DNA of 64,000 bases. It comes from Auanema rhodensis (lineage: Eukaryota; Animalia; Nematoda). This document shows, piece by piece, positions 1 to 12,300 of this stretch. Location of the stretch: NCBI GenBank assembly GCA_964057225.1, contig OZ059897.1, positions 14,942,001 to 15,006,000 on the forward strand, written 5' to 3'. A program made the translations under genes and the position numbers. A model generated the notes under the pieces. That model was not told the origin of the DNA, ran no database searches, and saw only the letters and a program-made list of their open reading frames with translations. How positions within the stretch are numbered: position 1 is the first letter of the stretch; every line of letters begins with the position of its first letter.

Positions 1-3000
1 AAATAGTTTGAGATTGGGTATTCAGATGTGTAGAATCTGAAATTCCTATTGAGATTTGGCTAGGACTTCTGTTTTTTCCGGAAAAGGGGTTTATACCGAG
101 ACCATCCACAAGGTTTGTTCACAAAAAAGTTCAGGCTGTAGTCACGTTGTGCCCGATGAATGAACGATTTTCTCAAAAATCATTTAATAAAATCAAATAA
201 AAATAGTTTGAGATTGGGTATTCAGATGTGTAGAATCTGAAATCCCTAGTGAGATTTGACTATGACTTCTGATTTTTCCGGAAAAGGGGTTTATACCGAG
301 ACCATCCACAAGGTTTGTTCACAAAAAAGTTCAGGCTGTAGTCAAGTTGTGCCAGATGAATGAACGATTTTCTCAAAAATCATTTACTAAAATCAAATAA
401 AAATAGTTTGAGGTTGGGTATTCAGATGTGTAGAATCTGAAATTCCTAGTGAGATTTGACTATGACTTCTGATTTTTCCGGAAATAGGGTTTATACCGAG
501 ACCATCCACAAGGTTTGTTCACAAAAAGTTCAGGCTGTAGTCACGTTGTGCCCGATGAATGAACGATTTTTCCAAAAATCATTTACTAAAATCAAATAAA
601 AATAGTTTGAGATTGGGTATTCAGATGTGTAGAATCTGAAATCCCTAGTGAGATTTGGCTAGGACTTCTGCTTTTTCCGGAAATAGGGTTTATACCGAGA
701 CCATCCACAAGGTTTGTTCACAAAAAGTTCAGGCTGTAGTCACGTTGTGCCCGATGAATGAACGATTTTCTCAAAAATCATTTACTAAAATCAAATAAAA
801 ATAGTTTGAGATTGGGTATTCAGATGTGTAGAATCTGAAATTCCTATTGAGATTTGGCTAGGACTTCTGCTTTTTCCGGAAATAGGGTTTATACCGAGAC
901 CATCCACAAGGTTTGTTCACAAAAAAGTTCAGGCTATAGTCACGTTGTGCCCGATGAATGAACGATTTTTCCAAAAATCATTTACTAAAATCAAATAAAA
1001 ATAGTTTGAGATTGGGTATTCAGATGTGTAGAATCTGAAATCCCTAGTGAGATTTGGCTAGGACTTCTGCTTTTTCCGGAAATAGGGTTTATACCGAGAC
1101 CATCCACAAGGTTTGTTCACAAAAAGTTCAGGCTGTAGTCACGTTGTGCCCGATGAATGAACGATTTTCTCAAAAATCATTTACTAAAATCGAATAAAAA
1201 CAAATTGAGGTTGGGTATTCAGATGTGTAGAATCTGAAATTCCTATTGAGATTTGGCTAGGACTTCTGCTTTTTCCGGAAAAGGGGTTTATACCGAGACC
1301 ATCCACAAGGTTTGTTCACAAAAAAGTTCAGGCTATAGTCACGTTGTGCCCGATGAATGAACGATTTTCTCAAAAATCATTTACTAAAATCAAATAAAAA
1401 CAAATTGAGGTTGGGTATTCAGATGTGTAGAATCTGAAATTCCTATTGAGATTTGGCTAGGACTTCTGCTTTTTCCGGAAAAGGGGTTTATACCGAGACC
1501 ATCCACAAGGTTTGTTCACAAAAAAGTTCAGGCTGTAGTCACGTTGTGCCCGATGAATGAACGATTTTCTCAAAAATCATTTACTAAAATCAAATAAAAA
1601 CAAATTGAGGTTGGGTATTCAGATGTGTAGAATCTGAAATTCCTATTGAGATTTGGCTAGGACTTCTGCTTTTTCCGGAAAAGGGGTTTATACCGAGACC
1701 ATCCACAAGGTTTGTTCACAAAAAAGTTCAGGCTGTAGTCACGTTGTGCCCGATGAATGAACGATTTTCTCAAAAATCATTTACTAAAATCAAATAAAAA
1801 CAAATTGAGGTTGGGTATTCAGATGTGTAGAATCTGAAATTCCTATTGAGATTTGGCTAGGACTTCTGCTTTTTCCGGAAAAGGGGTTTATACCGAGACC
1901 ATCCACAAGGTTTGTTCACAAAAAGTTCAGGCTGTAGTCACGTTGTGCCCGATGAATGAACGATTTTCTCAAAAATCATTTACTAAAATCGAATAAAAAC
2001 AAATTGAGGTTGGGTATTCAGATGTGTAGAATCTGAAATTCCTATTGAGATTTGGCTAGGACTTCTGCTTTTTCCGGAAAAGGGGTTTATACCGAGACCA
2101 TCCACAAGGTTTGTTCACAAAAAAGTTCAGGCTATAGTCACGTTGTGCCCGATGAATGAACGATTTTCTCAAAAATCATTTACTAAAATCAAATAAAAAC
2201 AAATTGAGGTTGGGTATTCAGATGTGTAGAATCTGAAATTCCTATTGAGATTTGGCTAGGACTTCTGCTTTTTCCGGAAAAGGGGTTTATACCGAGACCA
2301 TCCACAAGGTTTGTTCACAAAAAAGTTCAGGCTGTAGTCACGTTGTGCCCGATGAATGAACGATTTTCTCAAAAATCATTTACTAAAATCAAATAAAAAC
2401 AAATTGAGGTTGGGTATTCAGATGTGTAGAATCTGAAATTCCTATTGAGATTTGGCTAGGACTTCTGCTTTTTCCGGAAAAGGGGTTTATACCGAGACCA
2501 TCCACAAGGTTTGTTCACAAAAAGTTCAGGCTGTAGTCACGTTGTGCCCGATGAATGAACGATTTTCTCAAAAATCATTTACTAAAATCGAATAAAAACA
2601 AATTGAGGTTGGGTATTCAGATGTGTAGAATCTGAAATTCCTATTGAGATTTGGCTAGGACTTCTGCTTTTTCCGGAAAAGGGGTTTATACCGAGACCAT
2701 CCACAAGGTTTGTTCACAAAAAAGTTCAGGCTATAGTCACGTTGTGCCCGATGAATGAACGATTTTCTCAAAAATCATTTACTAAAATCAAATAAAAACA
2801 AATTGAGGTTGGGTATTCAGATGTGTAGAATCTGAAATTCCTATTGAGATTTGGCTAGGACTTCTGCTTTTTCCGGAAAAGGGGTTTATACCGAGACCAT
2901 CCACAAGGTTTGTTCACAAAAAAGTTCAGGCTGTAGTCACGTTGTGCCCGATGAATGAACGATTTTCTCAAAAATCATTTACTAAAATCAAATAAAAATA

Positions 3001-6000
3001 GTTTGAGATTGGGTATTCAGATGTGTAGAATCTGAAATCCCTAGTGAGATTTGGCTAGGACTTCTGCTTTTTCCGGAAATAGGGTTTATACCGAGACCAT
3101 CCACAAGGTTTGTTCACAAAAAGTTCAGGCTGTAGTCACGTTGTGCCCGATGAATGAACGATTTTCTCAAAAATCATTTACTAAAATCAAATAAAAATAG
3201 TTTGAGATTGGGTATTCAGATGTGTAGAATCTGAAATTCCTAGTGAGATTTGACTATGACTTCTGATTTTTCCGGAAATAAGGTTTATACCGAGACCATC
3301 CACAAGGTTTGTTCACAAAAAAGTTCAGGCTGTAGTCACGTTGTGCCCGATGAATGAACGATTTTCTCAAAAATCATTTACAAAAATCAAATAAAAATAG
3401 TTTGAGGTTGGGTATTCAGATGTGTAGAATCTGAAATTCCTAGTGAGATTTGGCTAGGACTTCTGCTTTTTCCGGAAATAAGGTTTATACCGAGACCATC
3501 CACAAGGTTTGTTCACAAAAAAGTTCAGGCTGTAGTCACGTTGTGCCCGATGAATGAACGATTTTCTCAAAAATCATTTACTAAAATCAAAAAAAAATAG
3601 TTTGAGATTGGGTATTCAGATGTGTAGAATCTGAAATTCCTAGTGAGATTTGGCTAGGACTTCTGCTTTTTCCGGAAAAGGGGTTTATACCGAGACCATC
3701 CACAAGGTTTGTTCACAAAAAGTTCAGGCTGTAGTCACGTTGTGCCCGATGAATGAACGATTTTCTCAAAAATCATTTACTAAAATCAAATAAAAACAAA
3801 TTGAGGTTGGGTATTCAGATGTGTAGAATCTGAAATTCCTAGTGAGATTTGGCTAGGACTTCTGATTTTTCCGGAAATAAGGTTTATACCGAGACCATCC
3901 ACAAGGTTTGTTCACAAAAAAGTTCAGGCTGTAGTCACGTTGTGCCCGATGAATGAACGATTTTCTCAAAAATCATTTACAAAAATCAAATAAAAATAGT
4001 TTGAGGTTGGGTATTCAGATGTGTAGAATCTGAAATTCCTAGTGAGATTTGGCTAGGACTTCTGCTTTTTCCGGAAATAAGGTTTATACCGAGACCATCC
4101 ACAAGGTTTGTTCACAAAAAAGTTCAGGCTGTAGTCACGTTGTGCCCGATGAATGAACGATTTTCTCAAAAATCATTTACTAAAATCAAAAAAAAATAGT
4201 TTGAGATTGGGTATTCAGATGTGTAGAATCTGAAATTCCTAGTGAGATTTGGCTAGGACTTCTGATTTTTCCGGAAATAGGGTTTATACCGAGACCATCC
4301 ACAAGGTTTGTTCACAAAAAAGTTCAGGCTGTAGTCACGTTGTGCCCGATGAATGAACGATTTTCTCAAAAATCTTTTACTAAAATCAAATAAAAACAGT
4401 TTGAGATTGGGTATTCAGATGTGTAGAATCTGAAATTCCTAGTGAGATTTGACTAGGACATCTGCTTTTTCCGGAAAAACGGTTTATACCGAGACCATCC
4501 ACAAGGTTTGTTCACAAAAAAGTTCAGGCTGTAGTCACGTTGTGCCCGATGAATGAACGATTTTCTCAAAAATCTTTTACTAAAATCAAATAAAAACAGT
4601 TTGAGATTGGGTATTCAGATGTGTAGAATCTGAAATTCCTAGTGAGATTTGACTATGACTTCTGCTTTTTCCGGAAAAACGGTTTATACCGAGACCATCC
4701 ACAAGGTTTGTTCACAAAAAAGTTCAGGCTGTAGTCACGTTGTGCCCGATGAATGAACGATTTTCTCAAAAATCTTTTACTAAAATCAAATAAAAATAGT
4801 TTGAGATTGGGTATTCAGATGTGTAGAATCTGAAATTCCTAGTGAGATTTGACTATGACTTCTGATTTTTCCGGAAATAGGGTTTATACCGAGACCATCC
4901 ACAAGGTTTGTTCACAAAAAAGTTCAGGCTGTAGTCACGTTGTGCCCGATGAATGAACGATTTTCTCAAAAATCATTTACTAAAATCAAATTAAAATAGT
5001 TTGAGGTTGGGTATTCAGATGTGTAGAATCTGAAATCCCTAGTGAGATTTGACTATGACTTCTGATTTTTCCGGAAATAGGGTTTATACCGAGACCATCC
5101 ACAAGGTTTGTTCACAAAAAAGTTCAGGCTGTAGTCACGTTGTGCCCGATGAATGAACGATTTTTCCAAAAATCATTTACTAAAATCAAATAAAAATAGT
5201 TTGAGGTTGGGTATTCAGATGTGTAGAATCTGAAATTCCTAGTGAGATTTGGCTAGGACTTCTGCTTTTTCCGGAAAAGGGGTTTATACCGAGACCATCC
5301 ACAAGGTTTGTTCACAAAAAAGTTCAGGCTGTAGTCACGTTGTGCCCGATGAATGAACGATTTTTCCAAAAATCATTTACTAAAATCAAATAAAAATAGT
5401 TTGAGGTTGGGTATTCAGATGTGTAGAATCTGAAATTCCTAGTGAGATTTGGCTAGGACTTCTGATTTTTCCGGAAATAAGGTTTATACCGAGACCATCC
5501 ACAAGGTTTGTTCACAAAAAAGTTCAGGCTGTAGTCACGTTGTGCCCGATGAATGAACGATTTTTCCAAAAATCATTTACTAAAATCAAATAAAAATAGT
5601 TTGAGGTTGGGTATTCAGATGTGTAGAATCTGAAATTCCTAGTGAGATTTGGCTAGGACTTCTGATTTTTCCGGAAATAAGGTTTATACCGAGACCATCC
5701 ACAAGGTTTGTTCACAAAAAAGTTCAGGCTGTAGTCACGTTGTGCCCGATGAATGAACGATTTTTCCAAAAATCATTTACTAAAATCAAATAAAAATAGT
5801 TTGAGGTTGGGTATTCAGATGTGTAGAATCTGAAATTCCTAGTGAGATTTGGCTAGGACTTCTGATTTTTCCGGAAATAAGGTTTATACCGAGACCATCC
5901 ACAAGGTTTGTTCACAAAAAAGTTCAGGCTGTAGTCACGTTGTGCCCGATGAATGAACGATTTTTCCAAAAATCATTTACTAAAATCAAATAAAAATAGT

Positions 6001-6310
6001 TTGAGGTTGGGTATTCAGATGTGTAGAATCTGAAATTCCTAGTGAGATTTGGCTAGGACTTCTGCTTTTTCCGGAAAAGGGGTTTATACCGAGACCATCC
6101 ACAAGGTTTGTTCACAAAAAAGTTCAGGCTGTAGTCACGTTGTGCCCGATGAATGAACGATTTTTCCAAAAATCATTTACTAAAATCAAATAAAAATAGT
6201 TTGAGGTTGGGTATTCAGATGTGTAGAATCTGAAATTCCTAGTGAGATTTGGCTAGGACTTCTGCCTTTTCCGGAAAAGGGGTTTATACCAAGACCATCC
6301 ACAAGGTTTG
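1..6310. repeat. Tandem satellite array, 199/200-bp monomer, ~31.5 copies (continues beyond window start)
   Basis: AAATAGTTTGAG recurs at 1, 201, ~401, ...; GGTTTATACC recurs from 88 to 6281 (32 copies). Length differences come from an A5/A6 run. Internal dyads: TTCAGAT/ATCTGAA, CCTAG/CTAGG, TTTTCCGGAAAA, GATTTT/AAAATC. Confidence 0.99.
88..185 (+). ncRNA. SL2-like spliced-leader RNA-like unit (representative first copy; one per 200-bp monomer)
   Basis: GGTTTATACCGAGACCATCCACAAG|GT resembles recalled nematode SL2-family leaders (e.g. GGTTTATACCCAGTTAACCAAG|GT). ACC/GGT stem-I pairing spans the donor and a second stem GTTCAGGC...GCC...TGAA follows. No canonical Sm site, so function is uncertain. 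Confidence 0.4.
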
Positions 6311-6340
6311 GAGGTTGGGTATTCAGATGTAGTTATCAGA

Positions 6341-9300
6341 GCCGATGTAGCCTAACAAAGCCGTAAGCAGCATGTGGAGTGATGCAAGAAGGTCGAAGAA
6401 GTGAAGTCCAGTTGAAACTCTTTCAGTTTCCTTAATGATTAACAGATTAAAACCACTCAGATGAGCAGATTACAAAAGCTTTCCGTTGCCGGCTAGCTCG
6501 CGGTCATCAACTTCCGAAGAAGTTCTTCACGCTCGCAACCTGCTCATTACCCTTTCACCGCGGTCAACATGTGTCGAAGTTTAAAAGGGAATGTGAAATA
6601 CAAACTACAGAAATGATTCTGTGTAGTATGATTTCAAAGATTCACTGTTATCTCTGAAGAGAACTAACTGGATCGCCGTATTTGGTATGGGATGTATACG
6701 GTGCCATACATCCTGATGTAGCCTAACAGAGCCGTAAGCAGCATGTGGAGTGATGCAAGAAGGTCGAAGAAGTGAAGTCCAGTTGAAACTCTTTCAATTT
6801 CCTGAATGATTAACCGTTTAAAACCACTCAGATGAGCAGATTACAAAAGCTTTCCGTTGCCGGCTAGCTCGCGGTCATCAACTTCCGAAGAAGTTCTTCA
6901 CGCTCGCAACCTGCTCATTACCCTTTCACCGCGGTCAACATGTGTCGAAGTTTAAAAGGGAATGCGAAATACAAACTACAGAAATGATTCTGTGTAGTAT
7001 GATTTCAAAGATTCACTGTTATCTCTGAAGAGAACTAACTGGATCGCCGTATTTGGTATGGGATGTATACGGTGCCATACATCCTGATGTAGCCTAACAA
7101 AGCCGTAAGCAGCATGTGGAGTGATGCAAGAAGGTCGAAGAAGTGAAGTCCAGTTGAAACTCTTTCAATTTCCTGAATGATTAACCGTTTAAAACCACTC
7201 AGATGAGCAGATTACAAAAGCTTTCCGTTGCCGGCTAGCTCGCGGTCATCAACTTCCGAAGAAGTTCTTCACGCTCGCAACCTGCTCATTACCCTTTCAC
7301 CGCGGTCAACATGTGTCGAAGTTTAAAAGGGAATGTGAAATACAAACTACAGAAATGATTCTGTGTAGTATGATTTCAAAGATTCACTATTATCTCTGAA
7401 GAGAACTAACTGGATCGCCGTATTTGGTATGGGATGTATACGGTGCCATACATCCTGATGTAGCCTAACAAAGCCGTAAGCAGCATGTGGAGTGATGCAA
7501 GAAGGTCGAAGAAGTGAAGTCCAGTTGAAACTCTTTCAGTTTCCTTGATGATTAACAGATTAAAACCACTCAGATGAGCAGATTACAAAAGCTTTCCGTT
7601 GCCGGCTAGCTCGCGGTCATCAACTTCCGAAGAAGTTCTTCACGCTCGCAACCTGCTCATTACCCTTTCACCGCGGTCAACATGTGTCGAAGTTTAAAAG
7701 GGAATGTGAAATACAAACTACAGAAATGATTCTGTGTAGTATGATTTCAAAGATTCACTGTTATCTCTGAAGAGAACTAACTGGATCGCCGTATTTGGTA
7801 TGGGATGTATACGCTGCCATAGAGCCTGATGTAGCCTGACAGAGCCGTAAGCAGCATGGGGAGTGATGCAAGAAGGTCGAAGAAGTGAAGTCCAGTTGAA
7901 ACTCTTTCAGTTTCCTTGATGATTAACAGATTAAAACCACTCAGATGAGCAGATTACAAAAGCTTTCCGTTGCCGGCTAGCTCGCGGTCATCAACTTCCG
8001 AAGAAGTTCTTCACGCTCGCAACCTGCTCATTACCCTTTCACCGCGGTCAACATGTGTCGAAGTTTAAAAGGGAATGTGAAATACAAACTACAGAAATGA
8101 TTCTGTGTAGTATGATTTCAAAGATTCACTGTTATCTCTGAAGAGAACTAACTGGATCGCCGTATTTGGTATGGGATGTATACGGTGTCATACAGCCTGA
8201 TGTAGCCTAACAGAGCCGTAAGCAGCATGTGGAGTGATGCAAGAAGGTCGAAGAAGTGAAGTCCACTTGAAACTCTTTCAATTTCCTGAATGATTAACCG
8301 TTTAAAACCACTCAGATGAGCAGATTACAAAAGCTTTCCGTTGCCGGCTAGCTCGCGGTCATCAACTTCCGAAGAAGTTCTTCACGCTCGCAACCTGCTC
8401 ATTACCCTTTCACCGCGGTCAACATGTGTCGAAGTTTAAAAGGGAATGTGAAATACAAACTACAGAAATGATTCTGTGTAGTATGATTTCAAAGATTCAC
8501 TATTATCTCTGAAGAGAACTAACTGGATCGCCGTATTTGGTATGGGATGTATACGGTGCCATACATCCTGATGTAGCCTAACAAAGCCGTAAGCAGCATG
8601 TGGAGTGATGCAAGAAGGTCGAAGAAGTGAAGTCCAGTTGAAACTCTTTCAGTTTCCTTGATGATTAACAGATTAAAACCACTCAGATGAGCAGATTACA
8701 AAAGCTTTCCGTTGCCGGCTAGCTCGCGGTCATCAACTTCCGAAGAAGTTCTTCACGCTCGCAACCTGCTCATTACCCTTTCACCGCGGTCAACATGTGT
8801 CGAAGTTTAAAAGGGAATGTGAAATACAAACTACAGAAATGATTCTGTGTAGTATGATTTCAAAGATTCACTGTTATCTCTGAAGAGAACTAACTGGATC
8901 GCCGTATTTGGTATGGGATGTATACGCTGCCATAGAGCCTGATGTAGGCTGACAGAGCCGTAAGCAGCATGGGGAGTGATGCAAGAAGGTCGAAGAAGTG
9001 AAGTCCAGTTGAAACTCTTTCAGTTTCCTTAATGATTAACAGATTAAAACCACTCAGATGAGCAGATTACAAAAGCTTTCCGTTGCCGGCTAGCTCGCGG
9101 TCATCAACTTCCGAAGAAGTTCTTCACGCTCGCAACCTGCTCATTACCCTTTCACCGCGGTCAACATGTGTCGAAGTTTAAAAGGGAATGTGAAATACAA
9201 ACTACAGAAATGATTCTGTGTAGTATGATTTCAAAGATTCACTGTTATCTCTGAAGAAAAGTAACTGGATCGCCGTATTTGGTATGGGATGTACACGGTG

Positions 9301-12300
9301 TCATACAGCCTGATGTAGCTTAACAGAGCCGTAAGCAGCATGTGGAGTGATGCAAGAAGGTCGAAGAAGTGAAGTCCAGTTGAAACTCTTTCAGTTTCCT
9401 TGATGATTAACAGATTAAAACCACTCAGATGAGCAGATTACAAAAGCTTTCCGTTGCCGGCTAGCTCGCGGTCATCAACTTCCGAAGAAGTTCTTCACGC
9501 TCGCAACCTGCTCATTACCCTTTCACCGCGGTCAACATGTGTCGAAGTTTAAAAGGGAATGTGAAATACAAACTACAGAAATGATTCTGTGTAGTATGAT
9601 TTCAAAGATTCACTGTTATCTCTGAAGAAAAGTAACTGGATCGCCGTATTTGGTATGGGATGTATACGGTGTCATACAGCCTGATGTAGCCTAACAGAGC
9701 CGTAAGCAGCATGTGGAGTCATGCAAGAAGGTCGAAGAAGTAAAGTCCAGTTGAAACTCTTTCAGTTTCCTTGATGATTAACAGATTAAAACCACTCAGA
9801 TGAGCAGATTACAAAAGCTTTCCGTTGCCGGCTAGCTCGCGGTCATCAACTTCCGAAGAAGTTCTTCACGCTCGCAACCTGCTCATTACCCTTTCACCGC
9901 GGTCAACATGTGTCGAAGTTTAAAAGGGAATGTGAAATACAAACTACAGAAATGATTCTGTGTAGTATGATTTCAAAGATTCACTGTTATCTCTGAAGAG
10001 AACTAACTGGATCGCCGTATTTGGTATGGGATGTATACGGTGTCATACAGCCTGATGTAGCCTAACAGAGCCGTAAGCAGCATGTGGAGTGATGCAAGAA
10101 GGTCGAAGAAGTGAAGTCCAGTTGAAACTCTTTCAGTTTCCTTGATGATTAACAGATTAAAACCACTCAGATGAGCAGATTACAAAAGCTTTCCGTTGCC
10201 GGCTAGCTCGCGGTCATCAACTTCCGAAGAAGTTCTTCACGCTCGCAACCTGCTCATTACCCTTTCACCGCGGTCAACATGTGTCGAAGTTTAAAAGGGA
10301 ATGTGAAATACAAACTACAGAAATGATTCTGTGTAGTATGATTTCAAAGATTCACTGTTATCTCTGAAGAGAAGTAACTGGATCGCCGTATTTGGTATGG
10401 GATGTATACGCTGCCATAGAGCCTGATGTAGCCTGACAGAGCCGTAAGCAGCATGGGGAGTGATGCAAGAAGGTCGAAGAAGTGAAGTCCAGTTGAAACT
10501 CTTTCAGTTTCCTTGATGATTAACAGATTAAAACCACTCAGATGAGCAGATTACAAAAGCTTTCCGTTGCCGGCTAGCTCGCGGTCATCAACTTCCGAAG
10601 AAGTTCTTCACGCTCGCAACCTGCTCATTACCCTTTCACCGCGGTCAACATGTGTCGAAGTTTAAAAGGGAATGTGAAATACAAACTACAGAAATGATTC
10701 TGTGTAGTATGATTTCAAAGATTCACTGTTATCTCTGAAGAGAAGTAACTGGATCGCCGTATTTGGTATGGGATGTACACGGTGTCATACAGCCTGATGT
10801 AGCCTAACAGAGCCGTAAGCAGCATGTGGAGTGATGCAAGAAGGTCGAAGAAGTGAAGTCCAGTTGAAACTCTTTCAGTTTCCTTGATGATTAACAGATT
10901 AAAACCACTCAGATGAGCAGATTACAAAAGCTTTCCGTTGCCGGCTAGCTCGCGGTCATCAACTTCCGAAGAAGTTCTTCACGCTCGCAACCTGCTCATT
11001 ACCCTTTCACCGCGGTCAACATGTGTCGAAGTTTAAAAGGGAATGTGAAATACAAACTACAGAAATGATTCTGTGTAGTATGATTTCAAAGATTCACTGT
11101 TATCTCTGAAGAGAACTAACTGGATCGCCGTATTTGGTATGGGATGTATACGGTGTCATACAGCCTGATGTAGCCTAACAGAGCCGTAAGCAGCATGTGG
11201 AGTGATGCAAGAAGGTCGAAGAAGTGAAGTCCATTTGAAACTCTTTCAGTTTCCTTGATGATTAACAGATTAAAACCACTCAGATGAGCAGATTACAAAA
11301 GCTTTCCGTTGCCGGCTAGCTCGCGGTCATCAACTTCCGAAGAAGTTCTTCACGCTCGCAACCTGCTCATTACCCTTTCACCGCGGTCAACATGTGTCGA
11401 AGTTTAAAAGGGAATGTGAAATACAAACTACAGAAATGATTCTGTGTAGTATGATTTCAAAGATTCACTGTTATCTCTGAAGAGAACTAACTGGATCGCC
11501 GTATTTGGTATGGGATGTATACGGTGTCATACAGCCTGATGTAGCCTAACAGAGCCGTAAGCAGCATGTGGAGTGATGCAAGAAGGTCGAAGAAGTGAAG
11601 TCCATTTGAAACTCTTTCAGTTTCCTTGATGATTAACAGATTAAAACCACTCAGATGAGCAGATTACAAAAGCTTTCCGTTGCCGGCTAGCTCGCGGTCA
11701 TCAACTTCCGAAGAAGTTCTTCACGCTCGCAACCTGCTCATTACCCTTTCACCGCGGTCAACATGTGTCGAAGTTTAAAAGGGAATGTGAAATACAAACT
11801 ACAGAAATGATTCTGTGTAGTATGATTTCAAAGATTCACTGTTATCTCTGAAGAGAACTAACTGGATCGCCGTATTTGGTATGGGATGTATACGGTGTCA
11901 TACAGCCTGATGTAGCCTAACAGAGCCGTAAGCAGCATGTGGAGTGATGCAAGAAGGTCGAAGAAGTGAAGTCCATTTGAAACTCTTTCAGTTTCCTTGA
12001 TGATTAACAGATTAAAACCACTCAGATGAGCAGATTACAAAAGCTTTCCGTTGCCGGCTAGCTCGCGGTCATCAACTTCCGAAGAAGTTCTTCACGCTCG
12101 CAACCTGCTCATTACCCTTTCACCGCGGTCAACATGTGTCGAAGTTTAAAAGGGAATGTGAAATACAAACTACAGAAATGATTCTGTGTAGTATGATTTC
12201 AAAGATTCACTGTTATCTCTGAAGAGAACTAACTGGATCGCCGTATTTGGTATGGGATGTATACGGTGTCATACAGCCTGATGTAGCCTAACAGAGCCGT

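Noticed and set aside
129-165. 5S 5'-like TCACGTTG..AATGAACG, U2-like GTGTAGAATCTG and SL1-like AGTTTGAGGT in the 200-mer
   Set aside because: Short isolated matches needing gaps; the flanks do not extend.
6350-6355. Telomeric hexamer GCCTAA in most 371-mers
   Set aside because: Single non-tandem hexamer, mutated to GCCTGA in many copies.
6488-6540. tRNA-like start GCCGGCTAGCTCGCGGT and box-A-like TAGCCTAACAG
   Set aside because: No GTTCRA B box and no cloverleaf.
6341-6711. Hammerhead or HDV ribozyme in the 371-mer (CTGAAGA, TTGATGA-stem-AAAC, GCCGGC..CTCGCGG)
   Set aside because: No GAAA correctly placed after stem II on either strand, and the HDV pseudoknot pairings could not be completed.
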